Source: an uncultured delta proteobacterium
GTDB taxonomy: Bacteria; Myxococcota_A; Polyangia; Polyangiales; Polyangiaceae
Assembly: GCA_963716725.1 (NCBI GenBank)
Contig: CAVQUB010000032.1
Span: 160,001-224,000 of the forward strand
DNA length: 64,000 bases
Direction of reading: 5' to 3'
Within the stretch, counting starts at the first letter, position 1. Every line of letters begins with the position of its first letter. Under the pieces are notes generated by a model. It searched no databases and was not told the origin of the DNA. It saw only the letters and a list, made by a program, of their open reading frames with translations. Below are positions 13,945 to 23,604 of this stretch, in pieces. The position numbers were made by a program, and so were the translations under genes.

Positions 13945-15024
13945 ATGCCCAAGCCCCCGCCCGCCAAAGTCGTGCAGATCGCCGAGAAGGCCCGGAACGG
14001 TCTGCGTTCCCTGGAGCGGAAGCTGGCGCCTCCGGAGATCGGACTGCTCGGCTTCGTCAGCGACCTCTGGGGATTTCAAATCGTGTACACCTTGGCCGAG
14101 CTGCGGGTCGTCGACGCCCTCAAGGGCGGGCCGAGGCGAGCCGAGGCCGTCGCCACGGAGATCGGCGTGGACTCCGATCACCTGTACCGATTGCTGCGCG
14201 CCGCTACCCACTTCGACATCGTTCGCGAAGAACCCGATCGCAGATTCTCGCTCTTGCCGATGGGGGTCGCGCTCTGCGACGTGGAGAACGAGAGCTTTCG
14301 GGACTTCCTGATCCTGGAGGGCCGCGTGGGCTGGAGATTCTGGGGGCGCTTGAAGGACTCCGTGCGCCAGGGCAAGACCGCCATCGAGATCGAGACGGGC
14401 AAGAAGTCCTTCGAGTACTTCGTAGGCGACGAGAACGCACGGCACGTCTTCAACCGCGCGATGACCGCCATCAGCGCGGTCTCCGCCGAGGCGTTCGTGG
14501 CTGCCTACGATCTCTCCGGATTCAAGCACATCGTCGACGTCGGCGGCGGGCTCGGTCGGCTGCTCTCGGCCGTGCTGGTGCAAGCTCCGCTTGCCAAGGG
14601 CGTCTTGTTCGACCTTCCCGAGGTCGTGGCTGACGCGCCGCCGGTGCTCGAGGCGCTCGGCGTGAGGTCGAGGGTCGAGATCGTCGGTGGCAGCTTCTTC
14701 GAGTCGGTACCGGCGGGCGGGGAGCTCTACGTGATGAAGTCGATCATCCACGATTGGGCCGACGACGAAGCGCTGAAGATCCTGGAAAATGTCCGGCGCG
14801 CCGCGACTCCGACCTCGAAGCTCGTGCTCTACGAGACGGTGGTGACGCCGCCGAACGTGAAGCACTTCGCCAAGCTGCTCGACATCGAGATGATGGTGCA
14901 CGCGGGGGGGCGCGAGCGGACTCGTGATGAATACGCGGCGCTCTTCGGCAAGGCGGGGTTCCGCCTGTCGCGGCTGATCCCATCGGCGGGCCCGGCCAGC
15001 GTGATCGAAGCGGTCCCAGGTTGA
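13945..15024 (+). CDS. SAM-dependent O-methyltransferase (Methyltransf_2 with dimerisation domain)
   Basis: VDVGGGLG, FDLPEV, GSFFESVP, MKSIIHDWAD, DIEMMV..GGRERT. Confidence 0.92.
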   Translation: MPKPPPAKVVQIAEKARNGLRSLERKLAPPEIGLLGFVSDLWGFQIVYTLAELRVVDALKGGPRRAEAVATEIGVDSDHLYRLLRAATHFDIVREEPDRRFSLLPMGVALCDVENESFRDFLILEGRVGWRFWGRLKDSVRQGKTAIEIETGKKSFEYFVGDENARHVFNRAMTAISAVSAEAFVAAYDLSGFKHIVDVGGGLGRLLSAVLVQAPLAKGVLFDLPEVVADAPPVLEALGVRSRVEIVGGSFFESVPAGGELYVMKSIIHDWADDEALKILENVRRAATPTSKLVLYETVVTPPNVKHFAKLLDIEMMVHAGGRERTRDEYAALFGKAGFRLSRLIPSAGPASVIEAVPG

Positions 15025-15034
15025 TGCCGACGCC

Positions 15035-15370
15035 TCAGCGCACCTTGCCGCCAGCCCGGATGGCCGCGACCGGGTAGGTGCCCACGACGTTCCTGAGCTG
15101 CTGCAGCTGGGTGGCCGGGATTTCTCCGCGCACCACCACCAGCCGAGCGCGTCGGTCTTCCACCACCACTTTGAAGCGTGCGGCCGGCAGGCGTGGCCGG
15201 CGCACGACGTCGCCCAGGTCGTCGAGCAGGCGCTGGGGCATACGCCCACGAACCGCCCGCGGCACACCGTCGACCACGTCGATCACGAACAGCTCGTTCG
15301 ACCGAGCGATCGCGATGATCAGCGGTGTCGCCAGCAAGGCTAAGATCACGAGGCCGAGCCAGGCGGTCAC
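15035..15370 (-). CDS. Small membrane protein, DUF3634-like
   Basis: N-terminal TM helix, then NELFVIDVVDG...GRMP...QQLRNVVG. Confidence 0.7.
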   Translation of the reverse strand: MTAWLGLVILALLATPLIIAIARSNELFVIDVVDGVPRAVRGRMPQRLLDDLGDVVRRPRLPAARFKVVVEDRRARLVVVRGEIPATQLQQLRNVVGTYPVAAIRAGGKVR

Positions 15371-15426
15371 CCCAGGGTGCGTAACACGATTGTGCGCGGT
15401 CGGGGCCCCGGGAGATACTCACGGCC

Positions 15427-15714
15427 ATGAGTGACGCAGGCAAGATCATCCTGGCGCGGCGCGCGCGCTTCGTCGCGGCGGCGCTGGCGTCCGTGGCCTT
15501 GGGCTCGTCGTGCGCCAGAGATCGCGGCCACGGTCCCGTGCAGTGCCTGTCGCCGCTGGCGGATCCCCAAGAAGACGGCGGTCCGCCTCCCGAGCCCTGT
15601 CTAGAGCCGCCCAATCCCCCGGAGGTCTGCCTCTCGCAGGTGCCGCCGCCCGAGGTGTGCCTCGAAGCGCCGGAGCAGCCCGGCGACAACTTCGCGAAGC
15701 CGCCGCCGGGCTAG
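15427..15714 (+). CDS. Small exported peptide/lipoprotein with four P-x-x-C-L-[S/E] cassettes
   Basis: Leader ILARRARFVAAALASVALGSS-C; cassettes PVQCLS, PEPCLE, PEVCLS and PEVCLE in Pro-rich spacers. Confidence 0.7.
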   Translation: MSDAGKIILARRARFVAAALASVALGSSCARDRGHGPVQCLSPLADPQEDGGPPPEPCLEPPNPPEVCLSQVPPPEVCLEAPEQPGDNFAKPPPG

Positions 15715-16895
15715 TCTGGACTCGTCCACGCGCACAAGAAGCGGATCAGCGCCCGCGTGCGCAAGAGCACCGTCGGCATCTCGATCTGCTCGTCGTGGGT
15801 GTGGAAGCCCCGTCCGCGCGGGCCGAGCCCGTCGATCACCGGAACGCCGAGGGCTGCCACGTCGTTTGCGTCCGAGCCACCACCGAGCAGCGGGCTCTCA
15901 CTGTCGCCGAGGGTCTCGGCAGCGGCGCATGCGGCGTAGCGACGATACAACGCCACTGATGGGTCGCTTCTTTCCAGGGGTGGTCGCCGCACGCCACCCT
16001 CCAGCTCGATGCGCGCGCCGCTCCCTCGCGCGATCTTCTCGGCAGCGGCGCCGAGCTCGGTCATCACTCGACCGCCATCGGCGCGCTGCACGATGCGGAA
16101 GTCGAGGACGCACTCCGCGTGGTCGGGCACCGTGTTCTTGCTGCTGCCGCCGGTGATGGTGCCGACGTTCACGGTCACGCCGCGTTCGTAGTCGGTGAGG
16201 GACTGCGCGGCATCGACGAAGCGGGCCAGCGCCCAGATGGCGTTCGTGCCGTCGGCATGCGCGTTGCCCGCGTGGGCCGCTTTGCCGCGCGCGCGCGCCG
16301 TGACGCTGCCGGTGCCCTTGCGCGCCGTGATGATGGCGTCGGTGGGACGACCTGCCTCGAAGACCAGCGCAGCCCGGGCGCCCTTGGCCCACTCTGCGGT
16401 GAAGGCACGCGAATCCGGTGAGCCGACCTCTTCGTCGCTCACGCACACGAAGGCGAGCGGGATCTCGGCGAGCACCCCGCTGGCGGACAGCGCCGAGAGC
16501 GCGGCGTGCACCGTGGCGATGCCTCCCTTCATGTCCAACACTCCTGGGCCGCGTGCTCGCGATCCGTCCTCGTGCCAGCCCTGGAACGTCCCCGGAGGGA
16601 ACACCGTGTCGTGATGGCCCAAGAGCAGCAGACGCGCTTCGGGCGCGCGGTCCCAGGCCGGAGTGCGGAAGCAGAGGTGATCGCCGAAGCCGCGTCCCGC
16701 GCGCGCATCGAGCGCCAGCTCGGGCAGGCCGAATGCATTCTGGAGCAGCGCCCCCATGGCGTTCACCTGGTCGATCTCGGCGGTGAAAGAGTCGCGCTCG
16801 ACCCAGCGGCGCAGGAGCGTCAGAGTCTCAGCCTGGTGGCGGTCGGCGTGGCTCAGGGGAGCGTCGGGCGCAGGCACGCCGCGAGCATAGTCCAT
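15711..16895 (-). CDS. M20 family metallopeptidase (glutamate carboxypeptidase-like)
   Basis: GHHDTVF, GVLDMKGG, SDEEVGS, FEAG, GKAAHAG, GGSDAN, HTHDE. Confidence 0.92.
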   Translation of the reverse strand: MDYARGVPAPDAPLSHADRHQAETLTLLRRWVERDSFTAEIDQVNAMGALLQNAFGLPELALDARAGRGFGDHLCFRTPAWDRAPEARLLLLGHHDTVFPPGTFQGWHEDGSRARGPGVLDMKGGIATVHAALSALSASGVLAEIPLAFVCVSDEEVGSPDSRAFTAEWAKGARAALVFEAGRPTDAIITARKGTGSVTARARGKAAHAGNAHADGTNAIWALARFVDAAQSLTDYERGVTVNVGTITGGSSKNTVPDHAECVLDFRIVQRADGGRVMTELGAAAEKIARGSGARIELEGGVRRPPLERSDPSVALYRRYAACAAAETLGDSESPLLGGGSDANDVAALGVPVIDGLGPRGRGFHTHDEQIEMPTVLLRTRALIRFLCAWTSPD

Positions 16896-16945
16896 GGGTT
16901 CCGCCCGTGCTTGAGCGGCCGGCCCGAGAATGCGAAAGTCGCGTC

Positions 16946-17485
16946 ATGAAGACCGCGACGATCACCCGAGAGGCTTTGTGGGGACTGGCTGCGCTGTCGC
17001 TCGCGCTCCTGGCCTGCAAGAAGGACAAGTCCGAAGCGCCCACCACGGAGGGCACCGGCTCGCCCAAGGGTGGCTCGGTCACCATCAGCGGCGACCAGGG
17101 TTCCATCAAGGTTCAAGGCAGCGCTGGCAGCGCTGGCGTCACCGTGGAAACGGACAAGGGCAAGGTCGAGGTCGGCAATACCGGCGGCGACTGCAAAGCG
17201 GGTCAGGCGTGCAACTGCAGCGGGATGGGCAACTGCACCAAGACCTGCTCGGGTGCCGGCTGTGAGTTCTCTGCAAACGGCATGGGCAACACCACCTTCA
17301 AGTGCCCGGACGGCAAGTGCACCGCAAAGAGCAGCGCCATCGGCAACGTGACTCTCGACTGCAAGGGCGGGGGCTGCACCCTCGAGTGCTCCGGCACTGG
17401 GAACTGCACGCTGACCGGCTGCAGCTCGGGCTGCTCGGTGAAGTGCAAAGGCGTCGGTACCTGTAGCTGCGCGAGCGGTTGCTGA
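16946..17485 (+). CDS. Cys/Gly-rich repeat lipoprotein (probable beta-solenoid)
   Basis: Lipobox LLA-C; roughly 19-20-residue periodic units CSGMGNCTKTC, ANGMGNTTFKC, SAIGNVTLDC, CSGTGNCTL, CKGVGTC. Confidence 0.75.
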   Translation: MKTATITREALWGLAALSLALLACKKDKSEAPTTEGTGSPKGGSVTISGDQGSIKVQGSAGSAGVTVETDKGKVEVGNTGGDCKAGQACNCSGMGNCTKTCSGAGCEFSANGMGNTTFKCPDGKCTAKSSAIGNVTLDCKGGGCTLECSGTGNCTLTGCSSGCSVKCKGVGTCSCASGC

Positions 17486-17492
17486 CCGGAAC

Positions 17493-18107
17493 TCACGCGG
17501 GCCGTTCGAGGCCAGGTGGGAGCGTTGCGGCAAAGGACGGGCGACGACTGATGGCGGCGTGCCAGCGATCGAGGTCTGGAAAACCGGCGCGCCAAGCGTG
17601 GGGGTAGCGAAAGTCCAGGTAGTCGAGGGCCGCGCCGAGGGCGATGTCGGCCAGGCTGAAGGCATCGACTAGGTACTCTGCGCCTCCGACGCGTTCGTTC
17701 GCCCAGGACAGCGCCCGCGTGACCTTGCCTTCTTGGTGAGCGAGCGCCGTCTTGGACTGGTGTTCCGGCGCCCGGCGCAGCTCGATCATCCGAGTGACGA
17801 CCGCGTCCATCAGGCCGTCAGCGAGTCCCTGCCAGCGCAATACCTGCCAGCGCTCCTCGCCCTCCGCGGGGATCAGTGTCGGCGAGCGCGACCGATCGAG
17901 CCACTCGAGGATGACGGGCGAGTCGAAGAGCGCGGAGCCGTCGTCCCGCAGCATGACCGGCACCTTTCCCAGGGGATTCAGCCCGGAGACTGGGCTATTC
18001 GGCGCATTCGGATCGTCCACCACCAGCTCGCAGGGGATCGATTTTTCAGCGACCAAGATGCGGATCTTGCGAGCAAAGGGCGAGGTCAGCGAGGCGTAGA
18101 GCTTCAT
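17493..18107 (-). CDS. Glutathione S-transferase family protein
   Basis: MKLYASLTSPFARKIRI, NPLGKVP, LFDSPVILEWLD, FSLADIA. Confidence 0.92.
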   Translation of the reverse strand: MKLYASLTSPFARKIRILVAEKSIPCELVVDDPNAPNSPVSGLNPLGKVPVMLRDDGSALFDSPVILEWLDRSRSPTLIPAEGEERWQVLRWQGLADGLMDAVVTRMIELRRAPEHQSKTALAHQEGKVTRALSWANERVGGAEYLVDAFSLADIALGAALDYLDFRYPHAWRAGFPDLDRWHAAISRRPSFAATLPPGLERPA

Positions 18108-18183
18108 GCGCCCAAGATACGCCGAGTTCGCAAGGGGGAAGACCCAAGACGCCCTCTGCACGTACAACTCGGGCGAGGCATCG

Positions 18184-20152
18184 ATGAACCTGCAACGTCT
18201 CCTGCTGCTCTCCGCCCTTTCGTTGTCCCTGGCAGCCGCGGGCTGCCGCAAGAAGACCCCCACCGTCGGTCCAGGCGACGCGGGGCCGATCGCCGCGACG
18301 GATGCGGGGGTCCCCCAGGTGGTCGAGGCGGCCACCCGCCCGAGCATCCAGGCCTTCGCCTCCGGCGCGGAGCTCGAGACGTTCTTGAAGGAGCTGCTCG
18401 AGGCGCAGAAGCGTGACCGCGGTCGCGTCGAACGGCGCGCCAAAGGGGAGTCGCTCGGGACACCGCCACCATCGCCTGCGCCCGCTGCGGCCGCACCCGA
18501 AGCTGCCGCCGACTCGAAGGAAGCCGAGTCGGTCACCAACGTCCAACATGCGGGGGTGGACGAGGGCGGGATCGTCAAGCTGCACGGGGACTACCTGGTC
18601 GTGCTGCGCCGCGGACGCCTGTTCACAGTCAAGGTCGGCGACGCATCATTGGCACCGGTCTCGACCGTCGATGCCTTCGGTCCCGACGTCGATCCGCGCG
18701 GCGCTTGGTACGACGAGATGCTGCTGTCCGGAAACACCATCGTGGTGATTGGCTTCAGCTATCAGCGCGGTGGCACCGAGATCGCCGTCTTCGATCTCGG
18801 TGGCGACGGGCGCATCGCCTACCGCTCGACGCACCACTTGCGCTCGAACGATTACTACTCGTCGCGCAACTACGCGAGCCGCCTGATCGGTAAGAAGCTG
18901 GTGTTCTACACCCCGCTTCACATGTCGCTGACCGACTCCGATCTCTACGGATCGTTCCCGGCGATTCGCCGCTGGCGGTCGGGGGTCACCGCGGCAGACT
19001 TCAAGCGCATCGTGGAGCCGACGCGGGTGTATCGCCCGCTGGTCTCGTCGCCGTCACTCACCCTGCACACGGTCACGAGTTGCGATCTGTCCGCGCCGGA
19101 TCTCGAGTGCAGCTCTACGGCGGTGATGGGGCCGAACGGTCGCGTGTTCTACGTGTCGCCCGGCGCAGTCTACGTGTGGATGACGGAGGGGAACCGGCGT
19201 GGGCAGGCCTCGGTGCCACGGTCCATCGTGTATCGAATGCCCCTCGACGGCGCCGCCCCGACGGCGATCCGAGCCGTCGGCAGCCCCGTCGATCAGTTCT
19301 CGTTCCTCGAGGGCGACGGGCATCTGAACGTGGTGGTCCGAGCAGACGCGGCCGGCGATGGCATGTGGCGGGCGGAAGTGACCCGCGGCGACGTCGCATT
19401 GCTCCGTGTTCCCACGGCCGCTTTCAGCATCGAAGCTCGCGAGGCGGAGCGCTCGAGCTACGCCGGGCTGCCACGACCGCGTGGCTACACGTTCCAGAAT
19501 CGTTTCGTGGGAGCGCACCTGCTCTACGGCACCGGTTCGGGGTGGGGACGTCCGCAGGAGGGCAGCGGGATGCTGTACGCCTATCGGTACGCGGGAGGCA
19601 GCGAGCCCGTATCGCTCGACCTCGGCCACGGCGTGGATCGCATCGAGGCCCTGGGACGCGACGCGCTGGTGGTGGGAACCGACGGTCGCGACCTGCACTT
19701 CTCGCCCATCGCCCTGTCGGACCGCCCGGGCGTCGTTCCTCGTTACACTCGGCAGGGCGCTTCCCAAGGGGAGCTTCGAAGCCACGGCTTCTTCTACAAA
19801 CCGGACTCTCCGAACGGCGGCTTGGTGGGGTTGCCGGTGCGGTCGGCTGGACGCCCCGGCTCGGCGCACCTGCGGGAGGGCTCGGCCTCGATCTTGTTCC
19901 TGCGCAACGACGCGCTTCGGCTCACCGAGCTCGGCGATTTCGGCCTCACGCTCCGAAGGGGTCATCGCGGACAACTGCCGGGCCTCCTGCGTCGACTGGT
20001 ACGGCAACGCGCGGCCGCTCTTCTTCCAAGGGCGAGTGCTCGCGCTTCTGGGCTACGAGATCGTGGAGGGCGAGCTCGCTGGCGGCCGGATTCGAGAAAA
20101 ACGCCGGGTGAGCTTCGCGCCCAGCGGCAGCGCGCTAACCATCGCGAAGTGA
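18184..20152 (+). CDS. Secreted beta-propeller-domain lipoprotein (one frameshift near 19940)
   Basis: Lipobox AAG-C; TNVQHAGVDEGGIVK is the Beta_propel-family N-terminal motif. The true C-terminus DNCRASCVDWYGNARPLF lies in the frame of ORF 19406..20152. Confidence 0.8.
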
Positions 20153-20165
20153 TTCGTCCCCGGAC

Positions 20166-20678
20166 TCAGCCGCACTCTGCTTTGCACTTCGTATCGGCGC
20201 AGCCCACCGCGGCCTCGTACTTCAGTTTGCCCTCGGGGAACTGCGAGTCGCAGTCTGAAAAGCAAGCCGCCAGGCCGGCGTCGCCGCCGTCGCCCGGGTC
20301 GATGGCGCAGCCGATGATGCAGTTGACGTAGCTGTCGTCGCAGATGGGCGACTGGGTGCAAGCGTTCACGAGCTCGCAACACTTCTGCTCGGCGCAGGCG
20401 TTGCAGACGGCGTCCTTCGACGAGTAGGGCGTGACGAGCTTGCAGGTCGAGGCGTCGGGCCCAGCGTCCGTCGAGCCCGCGCTGCCACCGGTCGCGCTGC
20501 TGCCACCGGTCGCGCTGCTGCCACCGGTCGCGCTGCTGCCACCGGTCGCGCTGCTGCCACCGGTCGCGCTGCTGCCGCCTCCGCCCGACGATGAGCCGCC
20601 CGAGCTTTCCGAGGAGCACGCACTGACGCCAGCGCCCAAGGCCACGAGCGCCCATCCCAAACCGGATCCTCGCTTCAT
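20166..20678 (-). CDS. Lipoprotein with GGSSAT linker repeats and a Cys-rich helical domain
   Basis: MKRGSGLGWALVALGAGVSA-C; C..C....CC..V.AC module ending CADTKCKAECG. Confidence 0.8.
   Translation of the reverse strand: MKRGSGLGWALVALGAGVSACSSESSGGSSSGGGGSSATGGSSATGGSSATGGSSATGGSSATGGSAGSTDAGPDASTCKLVTPYSSKDAVCNACAEQKCCELVNACTQSPICDDSYVNCIIGCAIDPGDGGDAGLAACFSDCDSQFPEGKLKYEAAVGCADTKCKAECG
20481..20570. repeat. Perfect 18-bp tandem repeat x5 (GCTGCCACCGGTCGCGCT), coding
   Basis: Five identical contiguous copies encoding the SATGGS linker. Confidence 0.95.
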
Positions 20679-20734
20679 CACCCGGGCATCATCGCAGAGC
20701 TGTGTCGCCGGGAACAGCGCTTCAGCGCGCGAGC

Positions 20735-21397
20735 TCAGCGACGAGCCGGGGGCACGTCCACGATCGTGACGCTTCTCGTCGCCACGTCGAAGTCCACGAC
20801 CGTGGGCGCGCGCTCGCACTCCCACGTAGTCACGTTGGCGAAGCAGGTCTCGCCCACCTGCCAGGCGCCGCCGTCCTCGTGGATGTGGCCGAAGAGGTGC
20901 AGTCGAGGTCTGACGACTTCGATCCGGGCGAGGAGATCGGCGCAGCCCTCGCGCCGGTCGGTGGTCGTGTGATCGCCGATGCCGCTCGGCGGACCGTGGG
21001 TCACGAGCACGTCGACGTCGTCGGGCATGCGCGCCCAGTGCTCTGCCAGCGCCGGGCCGCGAGGTAGGTTGAAGGCCCACGCGCAGAACTCGGGCTGCCA
21101 GGGGCTACCCCAGAAGCGCACGCCGCCGATCTCGATCGCTTCGTCTTCCAAGTAGCGCACGCCCGGGCCCAGCAAGCGCAGCGCGGCCGGTTTGTCGCGC
21201 GCGAAGGCCCAGTCGTGGTTGCCGGCCACCACGATCTTCTGCCGGTGTGGCAGCTCGGCGATCCAATCGAGCGCGATGGCGAGCTCTCGGATGTGCCCGC
21301 TCTGGCACAGGTCGCCTGCATGCACGAACACGTCCCCGTCGGGGATGCTGAGCTCGCGATGGTAGAGGTGGGTGTCCGCGACGGCGACGATGCGCAT
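20735..21397 (-). CDS. Calcineurin-like metallophosphoesterase (MPPED/239FB-like)
   Basis: VADTH, HAGD, AGNHD, THGPP, FGHIHE. Confidence 0.92.
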   Translation of the reverse strand: MRIVAVADTHLYHRELSIPDGDVFVHAGDLCQSGHIRELAIALDWIAELPHRQKIVVAGNHDWAFARDKPAALRLLGPGVRYLEDEAIEIGGVRFWGSPWQPEFCAWAFNLPRGPALAEHWARMPDDVDVLVTHGPPSGIGDHTTTDRREGCADLLARIEVVRPRLHLFGHIHEDGGAWQVGETCFANVTTWECERAPTVVDFDVATRSVTIVDVPPARR

Positions 21398-21497
21398 CAG
21401 TGACGATGCACCGTGTAGTGGCGGATGCGCGCACCGTCAATCACGCGCCGGCGGCCCATGGCCACCGAGCAGGCTCTGCGGTAGACGCTGGGGGACC

Positions 21498-21698
21498 ATG
21501 TTGAAGCTGGAGACGGAACGTGACGCAACCCAGTGGGTCTACGCCGCCAAGGCCCTGGCGACGGGCGGCGGCTGGTCCTAATGGTTCCGCGCGGCGGGTC
21601 TCGACGGTCCCGAGGTCACCCTGCTCGACACGCAGCAGCTCTTGGTGGGGCGGAAACGCGAGATCGTGCCGACGCTCACGGGCACTCGCAGGCCTTGA
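21498..21698 (+). pseudogene. Possible short gene remnant with an internal TAA
   Basis: MLKLETERDATQWVYAAKALATGGGWS-TAA(21579)-WFRAAGLDGPEVTLLDTQQLLVG reads with typical codon bias across the stop. Confidence 0.3.
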
Positions 21699-22581
21699 TG
21701 CCGGGCACCTCGCTGTCCTTGCAGACGTAGCGCTTGCAGAAGGCGTCGCCGCCGCCGCAGTCGCGAGTGGTGGTGCAGGTTCGGCGGGAGTTGGCGGTGT
21801 CCACGTAATTTGTGCACAGCGAGCCCAGGACCTGGAGTTGGCAGTGCTCGCCGGCGAGGCAGTCCTTGGAGCTGGTGCAGCGGTATCGGGGCGTACCGGA
21901 CTCGCACCCGCTCGGCTCGCGGCAACTCGGCGGGTCGCCGCAACAAGCGCTCTTGGCTCCGGTGCAGCGCTGGTTGCCGCAGCTCAGGGTCACGGCCTTC
22001 TTGCACGCGCCGTCGATGCACTCGGCTCCCGGCACGCGGCAGGTGCCGCTGTTCACGCAGATCTCGCTGAAGTCGCAGGGTGAGCGCTTCGGATCTTTGA
22101 TCGGCACGCAGACATCGGCCGAGGCGCCGCCGTACATGTTCGTCCCGCAGCACGCTTCACCCTTGCCGCAGTCCGTTGACTCGTCGCAGCGCCGGATTTC
22201 CGTCAGGCTGTACTTCTGCTTCAGCTCGGTGCAGGCGTCGATCTGTGCGGCGAGCACCTGCACGCGGTCGCCCGGTCCGGGCGGCACGCTCGCGATGCAC
22301 ACGCCCGTGTCCGAGAACACGCAGCAGCTCTCGCTGCCGGCCTTGCAGCGCGCATTCTTACAGGAGAAGACGTCCGGGTTGCTCTGTCGCGGGAGCGCGA
22401 GCGCTGCGTCGGCGACGTCTCCGGCGTCAAGCACGGTCGGGCCAGCTTCGAGGCGGTTGGGCGTCGGCGCGGTCGCCGCCGGAAGCGCGACCACGGTCTC
22501 GGGGCTGCGCCCCGTCGCGGGCTCCGGGCGGCAAGCGGTGAACGCCCAGAGAAGGAAGCAGGCCCAGCGAGCGAGCATCAT
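21676..22581 (-). CDS. Cys-rich lipoprotein
   Basis: Signal MMLARWACFLLWAFTA-C; repeated C..S.DC..GE.C modules. Confidence 0.75.
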   Translation of the reverse strand: MMLARWACFLLWAFTACRPEPATGRSPETVVALPAATAPTPNRLEAGPTVLDAGDVADAALALPRQSNPDVFSCKNARCKAGSESCCVFSDTGVCIASVPPGPGDRVQVLAAQIDACTELKQKYSLTEIRRCDESTDCGKGEACCGTNMYGGASADVCVPIKDPKRSPCDFSEICVNSGTCRVPGAECIDGACKKAVTLSCGNQRCTGAKSACCGDPPSCREPSGCESGTPRYRCTSSKDCLAGEHCQLQVLGSLCTNYVDTANSRRTCTTTRDCGGGDAFCKRYVCKDSEVPGIKACECP

Positions 22582-22637
22582 GGCCGCGGATGATGGCACG
22601 GCTCCACGGCGTTGGTGGATCGGCTAGAATGGGAACG

Positions 22638-23553
22638 ATGAGGACCTATCTGAGGCGGGCCGGGGCGGGGATTTCGGTTGTGGCCTTGGCCGCCGCATCA
22701 GGCTTCTCTGGGTGTTCGGCCGACGATCCGAGCGGCGTCGCCGGACCGAGCCTGGGCGGCTCGAGCGGCGATGCCAGCACCACGGGTGGCGCCGGCGGCA
22801 GCTCGGCCAGCGGAGGCAGCGGAGGCAGCGGAGGCAGCGGAGGGCTCGTGATCCCCGACGCCGATCCGCCCGACAAAGACACCGATCAGGACGGCGTCAT
22901 CGACACCGACGAAGGCAGCGGCGACGACGACGGCGACGGCAAGCCCAACATCGACGATCCCATCAACGACGGCCCGCCCCCGACGCTCACCTTCACCGCG
23001 ATCTCGACGACCTTCAACAACCCCATCGGTATCGACTACCACGAACCCACCAAGTCCGTGGTCGTCTCGGTCAACTACCCCAGCGGCACCCAAGATCGCA
23101 TCGGCGGGGGTCCACCTCGAGGGATCCATCGTTGTCCCCGACAAACCCGCGCGCTTCGGCCCCATCGCGGGCAAGCTGATCGCCGGCGCCGAAGATCAGG
23201 GGCTGCTCTGGGCCTTCGCCCCCGACGGCACGAGCGTCTCGTACAACCTGAGCGTCAAGGTCGAGGACATCGACCTGATCAGCGCGAAGGAGAACTACTT
23301 CGGCGTGAACTACGGCACCTCGAAGCTGCTCGGGGCCGCCGCTGACCAGTTCAAGGGCATGATCGGCGACGTCTTGCTGGCCGAAGAGTCCGTCGCTGCG
23401 GGCACCAGCGGCCTGTTTCGGCTGAAATGGGACGGTACGCAGCTGGTCGCGGAGCCCATCCCGCTCGGCGCGGCGTCGGCGATCGTGGGCCAGTGGGAGC
23501 ACGTCACCTTCGCTCCGACCGGCATCGTGGAGATCCCGCCGCCTCCGGCCTGA
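22638..23553 (+). CDS. Lipoprotein with DxDxDG Ca-binding-like motifs and a propeller-like domain; frame break near 23090
   Basis: Lipobox FSG-C; DTDQDGVID and DDDGDGKPN; NNPIGIDYH. After 23092 the coding continues in the frame of ORF 23305..23553 (KIASAGVHLEG...GKLIAGAE...WEHVTFAP). Confidence 0.65.
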
Positions 23554-23604
23554 TCGGTGACTCGCCGGTGGCCGCCTCGCCGATTCGGCGATAGGTGGAA
23601 GGGC

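Noticed and set aside
20481..20570. CRISPR array
   Set aside because: The repeats are contiguous with no spacers, lie in frame within a CDS, and no cas genes are present.
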